A stretch of 64,000 bases of DNA from Negaprion brevirostris (taxonomy: Eukaryota), in NCBI GenBank assembly GCA_030324005.1, contig JARDVH010000042.1, positions 55,218,966 to 55,282,965 of the forward strand. Reading direction: 5' to 3'. The notes beneath the pieces were generated by a model that searched no databases, was not told where the DNA came from, and worked only from the letters and a program-made list of their open reading frames with translations. The position numbers were made by a program, and so were the translations under genes. Positions within the stretch are counted from its first letter, which is position 1. Every line of letters begins with the position of its first letter. Positions 25,235-37,095 of the stretch are shown in pieces.

Positions 25235-26028
25235 CTGCAAGAAAATAACAAAGTAAAAGGATTGTGTTTAATCCAATATTTCACTCAATACATCCCATTT
25301 ATACATGGCATATCAATTGTCACATATTTTAACTGTGTTTATCAGGGAATCATAGTGACAAGAACCAGGGCAGAGAATGAAACTTCACTACATTGGAATT
25401 TAGGCTTAAGAATACATATGTTCCCATGATTTGTGCCCGGAGTGTTGTGTCTTTAGACTTGCACATGTTCCAAAGTTAGCCTTTTGTTCACCGGCAGTCA
25501 TTGACTTTATGGCATTTGAGTTATGGAGAACAGCACTTATCACATTTAGAAATTAATGTCCCATTTCGATTTTACAAAGTCAGTTTCAAGTTTCTGACAC
25601 TGTGCCATCACATTTGTACCTGCACATTGATGCTCCTCACCACCCAGCTCTATAACTGGACAGGTCGAACTGTCTTTATTAGGTTGGAAACTAATGTTTT
25701 ATTCTGTTATGTACTTTTGGCAGAACCATTGCAATTTTAATGTATTTATACGCTTATGTATTTAGTATGTGTTCATACTCGTAAACGTTCAAGATTAAAC
25801 AGGCAACTGACAGTGATTGATGACTTCATTATATCCCTCACATTAACTCAGGAACTTCTGCTAAGGCACGCAGATATCAACAGTTGTCTCAGCAACTTGA
25901 CAAGGCAAGAGTTGAGAGCATTTAACACCACTGGGTGACTCGTGAGTGATTTCCGTACTTGGTTCATGAACCAATCCCCCATTGTTCCTATGGGAAAATT
26001 GGTTCTGACTTATTACTNNNNNNNNNNC

Positions 26029-26337
26029 ACAGTGGTTAGCACTGCTGCTTCACAGCGCCAGGGTCCTGGGTTCAATTCCGGCCCGGGTCACTGTCTGTGT
26101 ACAGTTTGCACTTTTTCTCCATGTCTACGTGGGTTTCCTCTGGGTGTTCCAGTTTCCTCCCACAGGCCAAAGATGTGTGGGTTAGGTTGATTGACCATGC
26201 TAAATTGACCCTAATGTCAGGGGTATTAGCTTGGTCAAATGTGTGGAATTACAGGAATAGGGCCTGGGTGGGATTGTGGCTGGTATGGACTCAATAAGCT
26301 GAATGGCTTCCTTCCGTATTGTAGGGATTCTATGACT
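26029..26337 (+). mobile_element. HE1-type V-SINE with CR1-type tail
   Basis: acagtggttagcactgctgcttcacagcgccagggtcctgggttcaattcc ... tgtagggattctatga. Confidence 0.88.
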
Positions 26338-27454
26338 TACAACAANNNNNNNNNNNNNNNNGCCATTCCCAGTCCCACCGATGGTGGACCCCTACCGTGG
26401 GTGCAAACAATGGAAAACCCTGTTGGCAGCGAAGGGACTGGAAGATCTCACCATAGACCAATGGTGGGCTGCCTCTACCACCGCAAAACATGCTGTGTCG
26501 GGGAAGGGAGAGCAGAAAATCCCATCCATGGGTTTCAGAGACTAATTGTGTCATAACTCCAAGGACTGCCTGTATTTCAAAAGCCTTCAGTGTAAGCTCT
26601 TGCCAGGACTGAACCGGCTCAGTGCATATTTTCCTGATAAATTAACTGAATCATTCAGAGGTTTGTGTTAATGAGGAATTTACTATTACCTCCACCCTTG
26701 TTAAGCTATTTCAAAAGCACATTCCGGCTGTACAACTCACTTAAGAAACAACTAGAGTAGGTTCCTTCATGCTTTAGCAGCTTATTAACCCGGTTTTCCT
26801 AAATCTTTTTTGACATATTTCTTTACTGGAGGGAGAGCTGTGTGCTCATCCACAATCGGCATGTTAGTGCTGGGTGGGTAATTTTAACTATTGGCAATGA
26901 TGTGAAACAGGTTATGTTTGATCAGCCACCTATTATATCACTCCATTTTCCTTCGCATTACCTTCACATGTTTTCTCAACCACTTTTTCATCAGGATTGC
27001 TGTTTGGGCCATTGAATGCCAAATGCAAACATGCAGACACAATGCCCAATTATGCCTGCAAATTGCAATTAGAGAACTAAAGTGATGCATCTGATAACTG
27101 TAACAGCTGGACCTTGGGTGTCAATAAAATGGCTGAGGTGTCCCTCTCGGTATTCAGTTATTGACCTCTGGTTATTCAGGTTAGAAATAGATAGTCAGCA
27201 TTCAAAAATCCTTCATGTTATTTTTATTTTCTTGAAAAGTTTATATGATCATTAAAAACTGACAGATACAGCGTGTTGTCCATCAAGAGAGTTGAAGATA
27301 AAGGGTGTTCACTTTTACCTGAGTCAGGGTGGGGGTAAAAGACAATATGGCTTATGATGCTGATTGCTTTACCCATAATGTGCAGCAGAATAATAAACAC
27401 TTGTCTGTCTTTAAAGCTTATTGATTTATTTATTTAAGAATTTGAGTAAGGCTG

Positions 27455-27775
27455 AAAAAAACATGCTGTTGTAGCTTTTCACCTTGCACTCGTCAGAACA
27501 GACACAAGAATATCAAATTTCAAATGGAACAATAATTTATACTGCATAAGAAAAGGGTGCCAGACATGTAGGCTGCATGTCCCAAAGACTGTTTGATTGT
27601 TTCAAACAGCATGCCCCTCCATCTGTTTGCAACAGACAGAGTACTACCCATACACAATCAACCCAAACCTGCAAAGCTCAGCACATAATGTCCAATGTTA
27701 GATGTGATTCTGCACTTGGACAACACTTACTGGACAAGTGTGCTATGAAATACATTAACAACAAATTTAAGACTT
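27455..27775 (+). mobile_element. Penelope-like fragment (GIY-YIG region, plus strand) preceded by an inverted terminal-repeat piece
   Basis: HVGCMSQRLFDCFKQHAPPSVCNRQ..CDSALGQHLL resembles the YxGxTxxxLxxRxxxH / SAxxxHL endonuclease pattern; 27455-27560 is the reverse complement of the repeat at 36990-37090. Confidence 0.6.
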
Positions 27776-29365
27776 ACCCCTCACAAAACCGTGCTGTCTA
27801 TCCTGGATTAAGCTGCATCTTTCCAAATGGTCATAAATCCTATCCCTCAGCATCCTTTCCATTAACTTACCGACCACCAAAGTAAGGCTAACTGGCCTAT
27901 AATGACCAGGGTTATTTCTATTTCCTTTCTTGAAGAGAGGAACACATTCGCCACTCTCTAGTCCTCTGGCACAAGCTCCATGAATAGTGAGGACCCAAAG
28001 ATCAAAGCTAAAGGCTCCGCAAATCTCATCCCTTGCCTCCTAAAGTAGCCTAGGATGTATCCCATCTGGCCCAGGCAACTTATCGATCCTCAGGTTTTTC
28101 AAAATTGCTAATACATCTTCCTTCAGAACATCTACCTCCTCCATCCTATCAGCCTGTATCATGCACTCATCCTCAAAAACATGGCCCCTCTCCTTAGTGA
28201 GCACAGAAGAAAAGTATTCATTCAACACCTCACCTATCTCTTCTGACTCCATGCACAAGTTCCCATTACTATCCTTGACTGGCCCTAGCCTCACCCTGGC
28301 CATTCTTTTATTTCTCACATAACCTTGGAGTTTTCTTTTATCTGACCCACCAAGGACTTCTCATGCCCCCTCCTAGCTCTCCTAAGCCCTTTCTTTAACT
28401 CATTCCTAGCTACCTTGTAANNNNNNNNNNNNNNNNNNNNNNNNNNNNNNNNNNNNNNNNNNNNNNNNNNNNNNNNNNNNNNNNNNNNNNNNNNNNNNNN
28501 NNNNNNNNNNNNNNNNNNNNNNNNNNNNNNNNNNNNNNNNNNNNNNNNNNNNNNNNNNNNNNNNNNNNNNNNNNNNNNNNNNNNNNNNNNNNNNNNNNNN
28601 NNNNNNNNNNNNNNNNNNNNNNNNNNNNNNNNNNNNNNNNNNNNNNNNNNNNNNNNNNNNNNNNNNNNNNNNNNNNNNNNNNNNNNNNNNNNNNNNNNNN
28701 NNNNNNNNNNNNNNNNNNNNNNNNNNNNNNNNNNNNNNNNNNNNNNNNNNNNNNNNNNNNNNNNNNNNNNNNNNNNNNNNNNNNNNNNNNNNNNNNNNNN
28801 NNNNNNNNNNNNNNNNNNNNNNNNNNNNNNNNNNNNNNNNNNNNNNNNNNNNNNNNNNNNNNNNNNNNNNNNNNNNNNNNNNNNNNNNNNNNNNNNNNNN
28901 NNNNNNNNNNNNNNNNNNNNNNNNNNNNNNNNNNNNNNNNNNNNNNNNNNNNNNNNNNNNNNNNNNNNNNNNNNNNNNNNNNNNNNNNNNNNNNNNNNNN
29001 NNNNNNNNNNNNNNNNNNNNNNNNNNNNNNNNNNNNNNNNNNNNNNNNNNNNNNNNNNNNNNNNNNNNNNNNNNNNNNNNNNNNNNNNNNNNNNNNNNNN
29101 NNNNNNNNNNNNNNNNNNNNNNNNNNNNNNNNNNNNNNNNNNNNNNNNNNNNNNNNNNNNNNNNNNNNNNNNNNNNNNNNNNNNNNNNNNNNNNNNNNNN
29201 NNNNNNNNNNNNNNNNNNNNNNNNNNNNNNNNNNNNNNNNNNNNNNNNNNNNNNNNNNNNNNNNNNNNNNNNNNNNNNNNNNNNNNNNNNNNNNNNNNNN
29301 NNNNNNNNNNNNNNNCCTTATTCCAGATGCTCCTTGCATTGAAGTAGATACACTTCAACCCACTA
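27776..29365 (-). mobile_element. CR1 LINE ORF2 5' part (endonuclease start to RT start), mostly N gap
   Basis: Encodes LKCIYFNARSIWNK, YKVARNELKKGLRRARRGHEK, LNEYFSSVLT, PGPDGIHPRLL, YRPVSLTLVVGKLME, DSQHGFVRG. Confidence 0.88.
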
Positions 29366-29469
29366 TCCTGTCTGCCTGTACACTCCTGCGACCTTGATAC
29401 TTTCCTCAGTACCTTAAATACCTTCCTCAGTACCTCTAGCTAGGCTGACACTTTTGAATGAGGCATAAA

Positions 29470-29720
29470 ACACTCTCAAGAGGATATAAAAGATCCTGTG
29501 TCACTTGTCAAAGAGCACAAAATTCTCCTCATGTCCTAGCCAAGATTTATTCCATTATCAACACCACTAAAACAGATTCTCTGATCATTTATTTCACTGC
29601 TATTTCTGCAACTATAATATGTGTAAATGGATTATCCATTACACCACTGTCTTCAATTCAAAAGCTGTTAATTATCTGTGAAGCACTATAAAATGTCTTG
29701 AGGATGTGAAAGACAGCTTC
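29470..29720 (+). mobile_element. Decayed Deu-domain SINE
   Basis: gatataaaagatcctgtgtcac..ttctcctcatgtcctagccaagatttattcc..aaaacagattctctgatcatt. Confidence 0.55.
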
Positions 29721-30379
29721 TTAATTCTGTTTTTAATGTGAAAATATTCATTCATTTTCCATCTATGTGGTGTAACTGGAGTCAATACAAACCAAGTCAA
29801 ATGCATCCAGGTAATTAGTCTGGACACTCATTAGTGGACACAAAATTTGAATACATAGTTCTCACTATTAAGGTTACTGAGCAGTGTTAGAAGTCCAACC
29901 ATATCATGNNNNNNNNNNNNNNNNNNNNNNNNNNNNNNNNNNNNNNNNNNNNNNNNNNNNNNNNNNNNNNNNNNNNNNNNNNNNNNNNNNNNNNNNNNNN
30001 NNNNNNNNNNNNNNNNNNNNNNCCCACCAGTGCTATTTAAAGAGATCATCAACTCTTACAGATGAGTCTCTGGTTGATTCCTACTGACTGCTGCTAAAAT
30101 GCTCCAAGTGTATAGCGCTGTCAAGAGTTCTTTAACATGTCTTATATCAATGAGGTGACGTGTTGAAGGATTTTGTCCTGACTTCAAGGCTTTTGTGCCA
30201 GCCAGTTTCATCCAGATACAAATGCATTAGTTCCCATAGTTGTCAACACCACGCTTCCGTACCAGTATGTGTACCAGTGACATATAAGAGCGTGAGAGAA
30301 ATATCTGCAGTGCTTCTGAAACAACTTTCAATTCCATGGCCCAAACTGCCTCCTTTTCACCATGGATGTCCAATCCCTC

Positions 30380-30572
30380 TGCACGGAATAGACTGCCTGC
30401 TGGGATAGTGGAGTCGGACACTTTAGGGACTTGCAAGCAGTTACTGGATAGGCACAGGGAGCACACCAGAATTATAGGGAATGGGATAGCTTGATCCTGG
30501 GATTGGACGTAGCTCAGCACAACATTGAGGGCGAAGGGCCTGTTCTGTGCTATAACGTTCTATGTTCTATTT
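30380..30572 (+). mobile_element. CR1 LINE 3' end
   Basis: gtggagtcggacactttagggac..gggcgaagggcctgttctgtgctataacgttctatgttctat. Confidence 0.75.
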
Positions 30573-30579
30573 TCCAACT

Positions 30580-32150
30580 CCATTCCTACATGGGTCCCAG
30601 TTGTGCCCGTCTCTTTATGGGTCATGTGGGGCATTCCTTCTTCCAGTCCTACTGTGCCCCCTCCCTTAACTCCATTATCAATATATCGACGACTAGTTTG
30701 ATGCCACTTCATGCTCTCACCTGGACCTGGAAAAATTTACCAATTTTGTTTCCAATTTCCACCCCTAATCAGCTTCACATGGCCCATCTCTGATACTTCC
30801 CTTCCTTGACCTCTCTGTCTCCATTTCTAGTGATAAACTTTCCACCAATCTCCATTACAAGCCCACTGACTCTGACAACTACTTTGACTACAGCTCATCC
30901 TATAAGAACTCCATCCCATTCTCTCAGTCTCTTCGCCTCTACTGCATCTATTCTGATGGTGCCACTTCCTTTTTCCTCAATCGTGGTTTTTCACCCACTG
31001 TGGTTGGCAGGGCTCTGAACCGTGTCCAACCCATCCCCCACACCACTGCTCTCGTTGTCTCTCCTCCCTCCCACAACCAAGATAGGATCCTCCTTGTGCT
31101 CATTTTTCACGCAATCAGTCCTCACATTCAAAGGACTATCCTCCGCCATTTCCACCAACACCAGCATGATGGCACCACTCAACACATCTCCCACCAGCGC
31201 CCCCTCCCCCTGCTTGGCAGCCTTCCACAGGGACTGTTCTCTCTGGGGCGTCCTGGTCCACTCCACCATCACACCTAACACCTCACCCCTTATCCATGCA
31301 ATTGTAGAAGATACAACACCTGCTCTTTTACCTGCTCACTGTCCCAGGTCCTAAACACCTCTTTCAGATGAAGCAGCGCTTCACATGCACGTCCTTCGAT
31401 CTGGTCTATTGCATTCGCTGCCCCCCAATGCCGACTACTCTACATCAGAGAGACCAAACACAGACTGGATGATTGCTTTGCTGAATACCTTCAGTCCATC
31501 CACAAGCAGGACCCTGGCCTTCGTATCATTTACACTTCAAGACACCACCCAGCTCTCTTGTTCACATGTCCGTCCTTGGCCTTTTGCAATGTTCTAAAAA
31601 ACCCCAACAAAAACTGGAGGAACAGCACCTCACCTTCCAATTGGGCACTTTATAGCCTTCCGGACTGAACGCTGATTTCAACCCTTCAGAGCATGAACTC
31701 TCCCATCCACCTTCATCCCGTTTCCAATTACTTTATTTCATTCTGTTTCTTATTTTCATCTCATTCATTCATTTTTATCATCCTTCTTTCGCAACAAAAT
31801 TTTTTCACTTCTCCATTCCTACTCTCGTTCTTGCCCCCCTCACCCTCACCTCCTCCCCTTCTTCAAGCCAACTGCCTTACCATCTCTACCTCTGTTTTGC
31901 CATTCACACATTCTGATTACTTAATGGACACTCTTATCACCTCTCTCAGCCTTCTTCATCCTCACTTACATTCCCTTTGTCCTATTACAGACCCCCGTCA
32001 CTGACCTCCCCAGCCTCATAATATAAATCTTTTTTGATTTTCCTTGCTGTTAGTTCTGACGAAGGGTTATCCAGACTCAAAACCGTGGTTCTACTCTCTC
32101 TCTACAGTTGCTGTTGGACCTGCCGAGATTTTTCAGCATTTTCTGTGTTT
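30580..32150 (+). mobile_element. Penelope-like retroelement (decayed RT, GIY-YIG endonuclease and terminal repeat)
   Basis: MGPSCARLFMG; YIDD (tat atc gac gac, about 30683); LSTNLHYKPTD; SIPFSQSLRL; LVYCIRC..LYIRETKHRL; LEEQHLTFQLGTL; terminal repeat ctgacgaagggtt at 32056. Confidence 0.8.
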
Positions 32151-33809
32151 CCGCTGTGTGGACACTGTGTCCGTTTGGCTGAGAAATGGTTCGCCCGCCA
32201 GGTTCTGTTTTCTCAACATTCAAATTGTCAACATTCCAGGGGAGGACAAAGAATATGTTTCAAAGGCACACTCTGAAGGTCTTCTTGAAACATGGATCAT
32301 CTACATTAATGAAAAGGAAGAGCTTGCTACCAACTGTTCAAAATGGTGACATCTTGGTCCACTAAGTTGCATCATGCCTTGAGTGAAAATGTCTTTATGA
32401 CGGGGCAGAGCTGAGACAGAGAAAGAAAGATAATGAACCAAGTCCTGCACTCCAGATCCCAATATCATCTGGAACATCCTGCCCAATGTGCCCAAAGATC
32501 TGTGGGTCAACAATCAGTCTGTTCAGTCACCTGATGACCCATGGCAGAAGCTTATAGCCCTAAGTGGATGCCAATCTCGAATTGAAGGACAGCTAATGAT
32601 GACAAGCCATTCCATTTGGAATGCAACATGACTTGTTGAATGAACAGAGGCAATGCAGAGTGGGACAGATTCCTGGAAAAGGGAGGGAAAGGAAGAGGAG
32701 AAGCCTTCTTTGCATGAATTCAAACTTTTGATGCTTGGACCAAGGGTGTAGTGACATCTGGTGCTAAATGGCCTTGGTGAAACCCGATTTCAGCATCAGT
32801 GAGCAGGTTGTTGCTGAATAAATGCTACTTATCCACACTGTTGAGAACACCTTCCATCACTCTGCTGGTGATCAAGAGTAGGCTGATGGGTTACATTGGA
32901 ACTGTCACGTAGAGGGAACATACCAAAGCAATATTGCACATTGTCAGGAAGATGCCAGTGTTGTAGCCATACAGGAACAGCTTTTGCTAAAGGTATGGCT
33001 AATACTCAACAGAGGGGGTGTCAAAGTTTGCCATCATGAAACTACAGCCTTTGGATAAAATGCTCTGTTGGAGAGGCAGCACAGATTTGATGGGCTGAAT
33101 GGCCTCCTTTTGCACTGTAGGGATTCTATGGTTATATGATTCTTTACTTACATATGTTGCCATTTTACCACTGCCTGTCCAGGTTTCAGTATCTGAAAAG
33201 AGGAAGGTGCAAGGCTATGGTTGAGGTGAGGGGAGTTGAAATGTGCAAACTGTAAATCAGAAGAGATTGTTAGGCAAGTGGGATGCCAGACAGATGCTCA
33301 GGTATGAAGATACCACCATCTTCTACCATTTCAGCTATGTCCCTGTCACAACCTCAGTGGTGACTGCTCCAATAATAGCCAGCACCATCTTCTCTGGAGG
33401 TAAAGGCATAGCTACACTCATTCTCCACCTTTGAGCTATCACTGCCCTCAGCTGAGGGGAGCTGGGGATCAATGAGTGCACTTCATCAGTTTCCCTGCAA
33501 AATTGAAGGTTTTCCTGCAGTTTCAATATGATCTTATTCTAGAATAACTCTGAGCTGCAATGTTAACTCAAACTGCACATTACTATAGGAAGGAGGTAAA
33601 AGAATAACTTAATGCTTCAATGTAGTAACACTATGAGATCAGAAATTAATGTGGCCAGTGCTAGCTTAAAGCATTCTTTTGACATTCCTTTATGTGTCTT
33701 AATTAAGGGTGTTAACTGCTTAAGGGAGTATCAAGTAATCAAAATAATTAGGTTAATACCATCATTAAAATGGCAGAGAGAAAAGTTTTTAGGGATATAA
33801 ACATGCCAT

Positions 33810-34140
33810 TGGGCTGAGACTTTAAACTGAGGCCTTGTCTGCTCTGTCAGGTGAACATTAAAGATTCCAAGGAAGGCACCATTTTGAAGAAGAGTAGGGA
33901 GTTCTCCCTCATGTCCTGAACAACATTTATTCCTCACTTAACAACACAAAAACAGATTATCTGATCACTATCATATTGTTGTTTGCAGGAGATAAAGTTG
34001 TGGATAAATTGGCTGCTGCATTTCCTCCATTACAGCAGTGTCTGTACTTCAGAAAATTCTTCATTTGCTGTAAAACACACTGGGATATTCCAAGGTTGTG
34101 ACAAGTGCTATATAAATGCAGTCTTTCTTTCTCTCTCTTT
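33810..34140 (+). mobile_element. Deu-domain SINE (SacSINE1/AmnSINE1-like)
   Basis: gagactttaaactgaggccttgtctgctctgtcaggtgaacattaaagattcc..gaagaagagtagggagttctccc..aaattggctgctgcatttcc..gctatataaatgcagtctttctttc. Confidence 0.75.
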
Positions 34141-34401
34141 TTCTGTTAATAATATCACTTTACATATGCCTTCAATTTATGTTCCAAGTTGTTATTGAAT
34201 TATCAGCCTTACTTTTCAGTTGTTGAAATGACATTAAATTAATACTAAGCCTGACAATATTAGGCTCAATTTATAGAGCACTGATCTTCCTCATAAAATG
34301 TATGGCAAACCATTTTACGAAGTTGACCAAATAGATGATGCAAAATGAAACAGCATTATATTCAATCATTCACTGCATTACTTTTGATGAAGGGTACACC
34401 T

Positions 34402-34610
34402 GGCCGGAATTCTCTGACCATTCACACGGGCAGGATTCTCCAGTCCCGCCGGCAATGCACTCCCGCCTATGGATTTCCCGCTAGCATGGGATGATGTCAA
34501 TGGGAATTCCCATTGACAGCGGTGAGACCTGAAGATCCTGCCACTAACAAACAACGTGCCGCCTCCCACTAGTGGGAAACATGTGGCTGGGAAGCTGAAG
34601 AATCTCATAC
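34402..34610. mobile_element. Short palindromic MITE (related copy at about 26360-26525)
   Basis: Begins ggccggaattctc, ends gaagaatctcatacc; perfect central palindrome tgtcaatgggaattcccattgaca. Confidence 0.55.
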
Positions 34611-34854
34611 CTGATCTCTTTGATTAGACGTCCCTAAAAAGTGGAATCTTTGATGCAACCTTTTTGCTTTTAAAGACAGAGCCCTAAAAATGCTTTCCCA
34701 GAGTGTGATTTTTATGCTGAGTTAAAGAAATTTCACTGAAAATAGACATGCTGTTGAAGCTTTTCATTCTGTACTCACCAGGACAGAATCACTGAAGTAC
34801 CAAATCTCAAAGGGAACAACAATTAATACTACATGAGAAGAGGGCGCTGATTCA

Positions 34855-36660
34855 TTTATAGGATGTGAGCGTCACTGTCTAGGCCAGCATTTATTGCATA
34901 TTCCAGGAGGAGGAGGTGGTGAGCTGCCTTCTTGAACCACTGCAGTCTATATGGTGTAGGTACACCCAAAGTGCTGTTAGGGAGGGTGTTCCATGATTTT
35001 GACCAAGCAACAGTTTATTTCCAACTCAGTGTGGTGAATGTCTTGGAAGGGAATTTCCACCTGGTGTTGTTCCCATGTGTCTCCTGCCCTTATCCTTCTA
35101 AACGGTTGCAATTGTGGGTTTTTAAGGTGCTGTCTAAAGCAGCTTGGTGAGTTTCTGCAGTGTATCTTGTAGCTGATGCACACAGTGAGTCAGTAGTGGA
35201 GGGAGGAAATACTTGTGGAAGAGGTGACAGCTTTGTCCAAGATGGTGTCAAGTTCTTTGTTGTTGGAGCTGCACTCATCCAGACAAGTGGAGAATATTCC
35301 ATCACACTCCTGATTTGTGCCTTGTAAATGACGGGCTGACTTTGGGGAATCAGGAGGTGAGTTATAAACCATAGGATTCTTAGCCTCTGACCTGCTCTTG
35401 TAAGCACAATGATGATCTTGTTGAAGATGGTTATTGACTGATACTTGTGTGATGCGAATGTTATTTGTCACTTGTCAGCCCAAGCCTGGATATTGTGCAG
35501 CATCAGGAGCTGAGTGAACCCAAACTGAGTGTCTGTGAGCAAGTTAATGCTCAGCAAGTGCTACTTGAAAGCACTGGTGATGACCTCTTCAATCACTTTA
35601 CTGATGACCTGCTCTATAATCTACTCTAGTAGATTGATGGGACAGTAATTGGTTGGGTAGGATTTATCCTGTATCTTGTGGACAGGACATACCTGGGCAA
35701 TCTCCCATATTGCCAGATAGATGCATGTGCTGTAGTTGTACTGGAACAGCTTGGCTAGGGACATGGCAAGTTCTGGAACACAAGTCTTCAGTATTACTGC
35801 TGAAAAATTGTCAGGGTCAAGTGCCTTTGCAGTATCTAGTGCCTTCAGCCACTTCTTGATGTCACGTGGAGTGAATCAAATTGGCTGAAAACTGGCATGT
35901 ATAATGCTGGGGACATCCACAGAAGACTGAAATGGATCATCCACTTGGCAATTCTAGCTGAAGATTGTAGTAAAAACCTCAGCCTTATCTTTTTCACCCC
36001 CAACTTCCATTCCACATCCTTAAGGATGGGGATATTTGTGGAGCCCCCTCCTCTAATGATTTATTTCATTGTCCACCACCACTAATGACTGGATTTGGCA
36101 GGACTGAACAGCTTAGCTTTGATCAGTGGTAGCACAGTGGTTAGCACTGCTGCTTCACAGCGCCAGGGACCTGGGGTCAATTCCTGGCTTGAGTCACTGT
36201 CTACGTGGAGTTTGCACGTTCTCCCTGTGTCTGCATGGGTTTCCTCTGGGCACTCCAATTTCCTCCCATATTCCAAAAGACATGTTGGTTAGGCGCATTG
36301 ACCCGAACAGGTGCTGGACTGGTGACTAGGGAAATTTCACTAACATCATTGCAGTGTTAATGTAATCCTTATTTGTGACTAATAAATAAACTTTAACTTT
36401 CTATTATGTTGTTTGGCACACAAGTTACCCTGTGTTGTAGCTTCCAGGTTGACACCTAATTTTTAGGTGTGCCTAATGTTGCTCCTAGCACACCCTCCTG
36501 CACTCTTCATTGAATTAGGGTTGAACCCCCGACTTGATGGTAATGGTTGGGGGATATGACCAAACATGAGGTTACAAATTTTGGTTGAGTGTACTGATGG
36601 GCCACAACACCTCATGGATACCCAGTTGCTCAATCTGTTTGAAGTCTATCCCATTTAACA
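34855..36660 (-). mobile_element. Decayed CR1-group LINE of a second family, with a nested SINE; related fragments at about 32330-33000
   Basis: Encodes RAGQRLRILW..YKAQIRSVMEYSPLVWMSAAPTTK; 3' end is the reverse complement of gtgagcgtcactgtctaggccagcatttattgc. Confidence 0.7.
36126..36400 (+). mobile_element. HE1-type SINE head with alternative tail ending tgtgac..aataaataaactt
   Basis: gtagcacagtggttagcactgctgcttcacagcgccagggacc ... gactagggaaatttcac..gtgttaatgtaatccttatttgtgactaataaataaacttt. Confidence 0.85.
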
Positions 36661-36809
36661 TGCTGATATTCTGATAGTTAGAGGTGATTCTGCGGTGAAT
36701 GCCCAGGTAACAGTTAACTATGGCTCATTTTCATGTGCTAGAAGCTCTATATATTCACACACATGGCCCTATCCTTTGCATTCGGAAAGAATATGTCCAT
36801 GCATTTCAC

Positions 36810-37095
36810 CTTTTTCAACTAAACAACAGCTTGGAGGTGGCAGCCATTCCTCATTCATTCCCCTTGGTAATGCCTCCAAAGTCAACTCGCCTGGTTTGAA
36901 TTTCAACAAAAGTTTGGCAGTTAACAGTTGCCTGGCGCATTCCTTATGGCAACACCTCTACCAATCAGAGTCCACTTGCCAATCACTCAGCTCTTCACAT
37001 GTGGTATAAATTGTTGTTCCCTTTGAGATTTGGTACTCTTGCCATTCTGTCCTGGTGATTGTAAGATGGAATGCTTTGACAACGTGTCTCTTCCT
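36810..37095 (+). mobile_element. Penelope-like terminal repeat (solo); reverse copies at 27455-27560 and 34740-34850
   Basis: ccaatcagagtccacttgccaatc..tataaattgttgttccctttga..ctgtcctggtgattgtaagatggaatgctttgacaacgtgtctc (CCAAT/TATA-like motifs plus a decayed hammerhead region). Confidence 0.55.

Noticed and set aside
26029-26090. tRNA-like A/B boxes at SINE heads
   Set aside because: They continue directly into SINE bodies and I cannot fold a full cloverleaf; not tRNA genes.
28315-29358. Long ORFs (347 and 309 aa) and other X-rich ORFs
   Set aside because: Their length comes from N runs; only the CR1-derived ends are real sequence.
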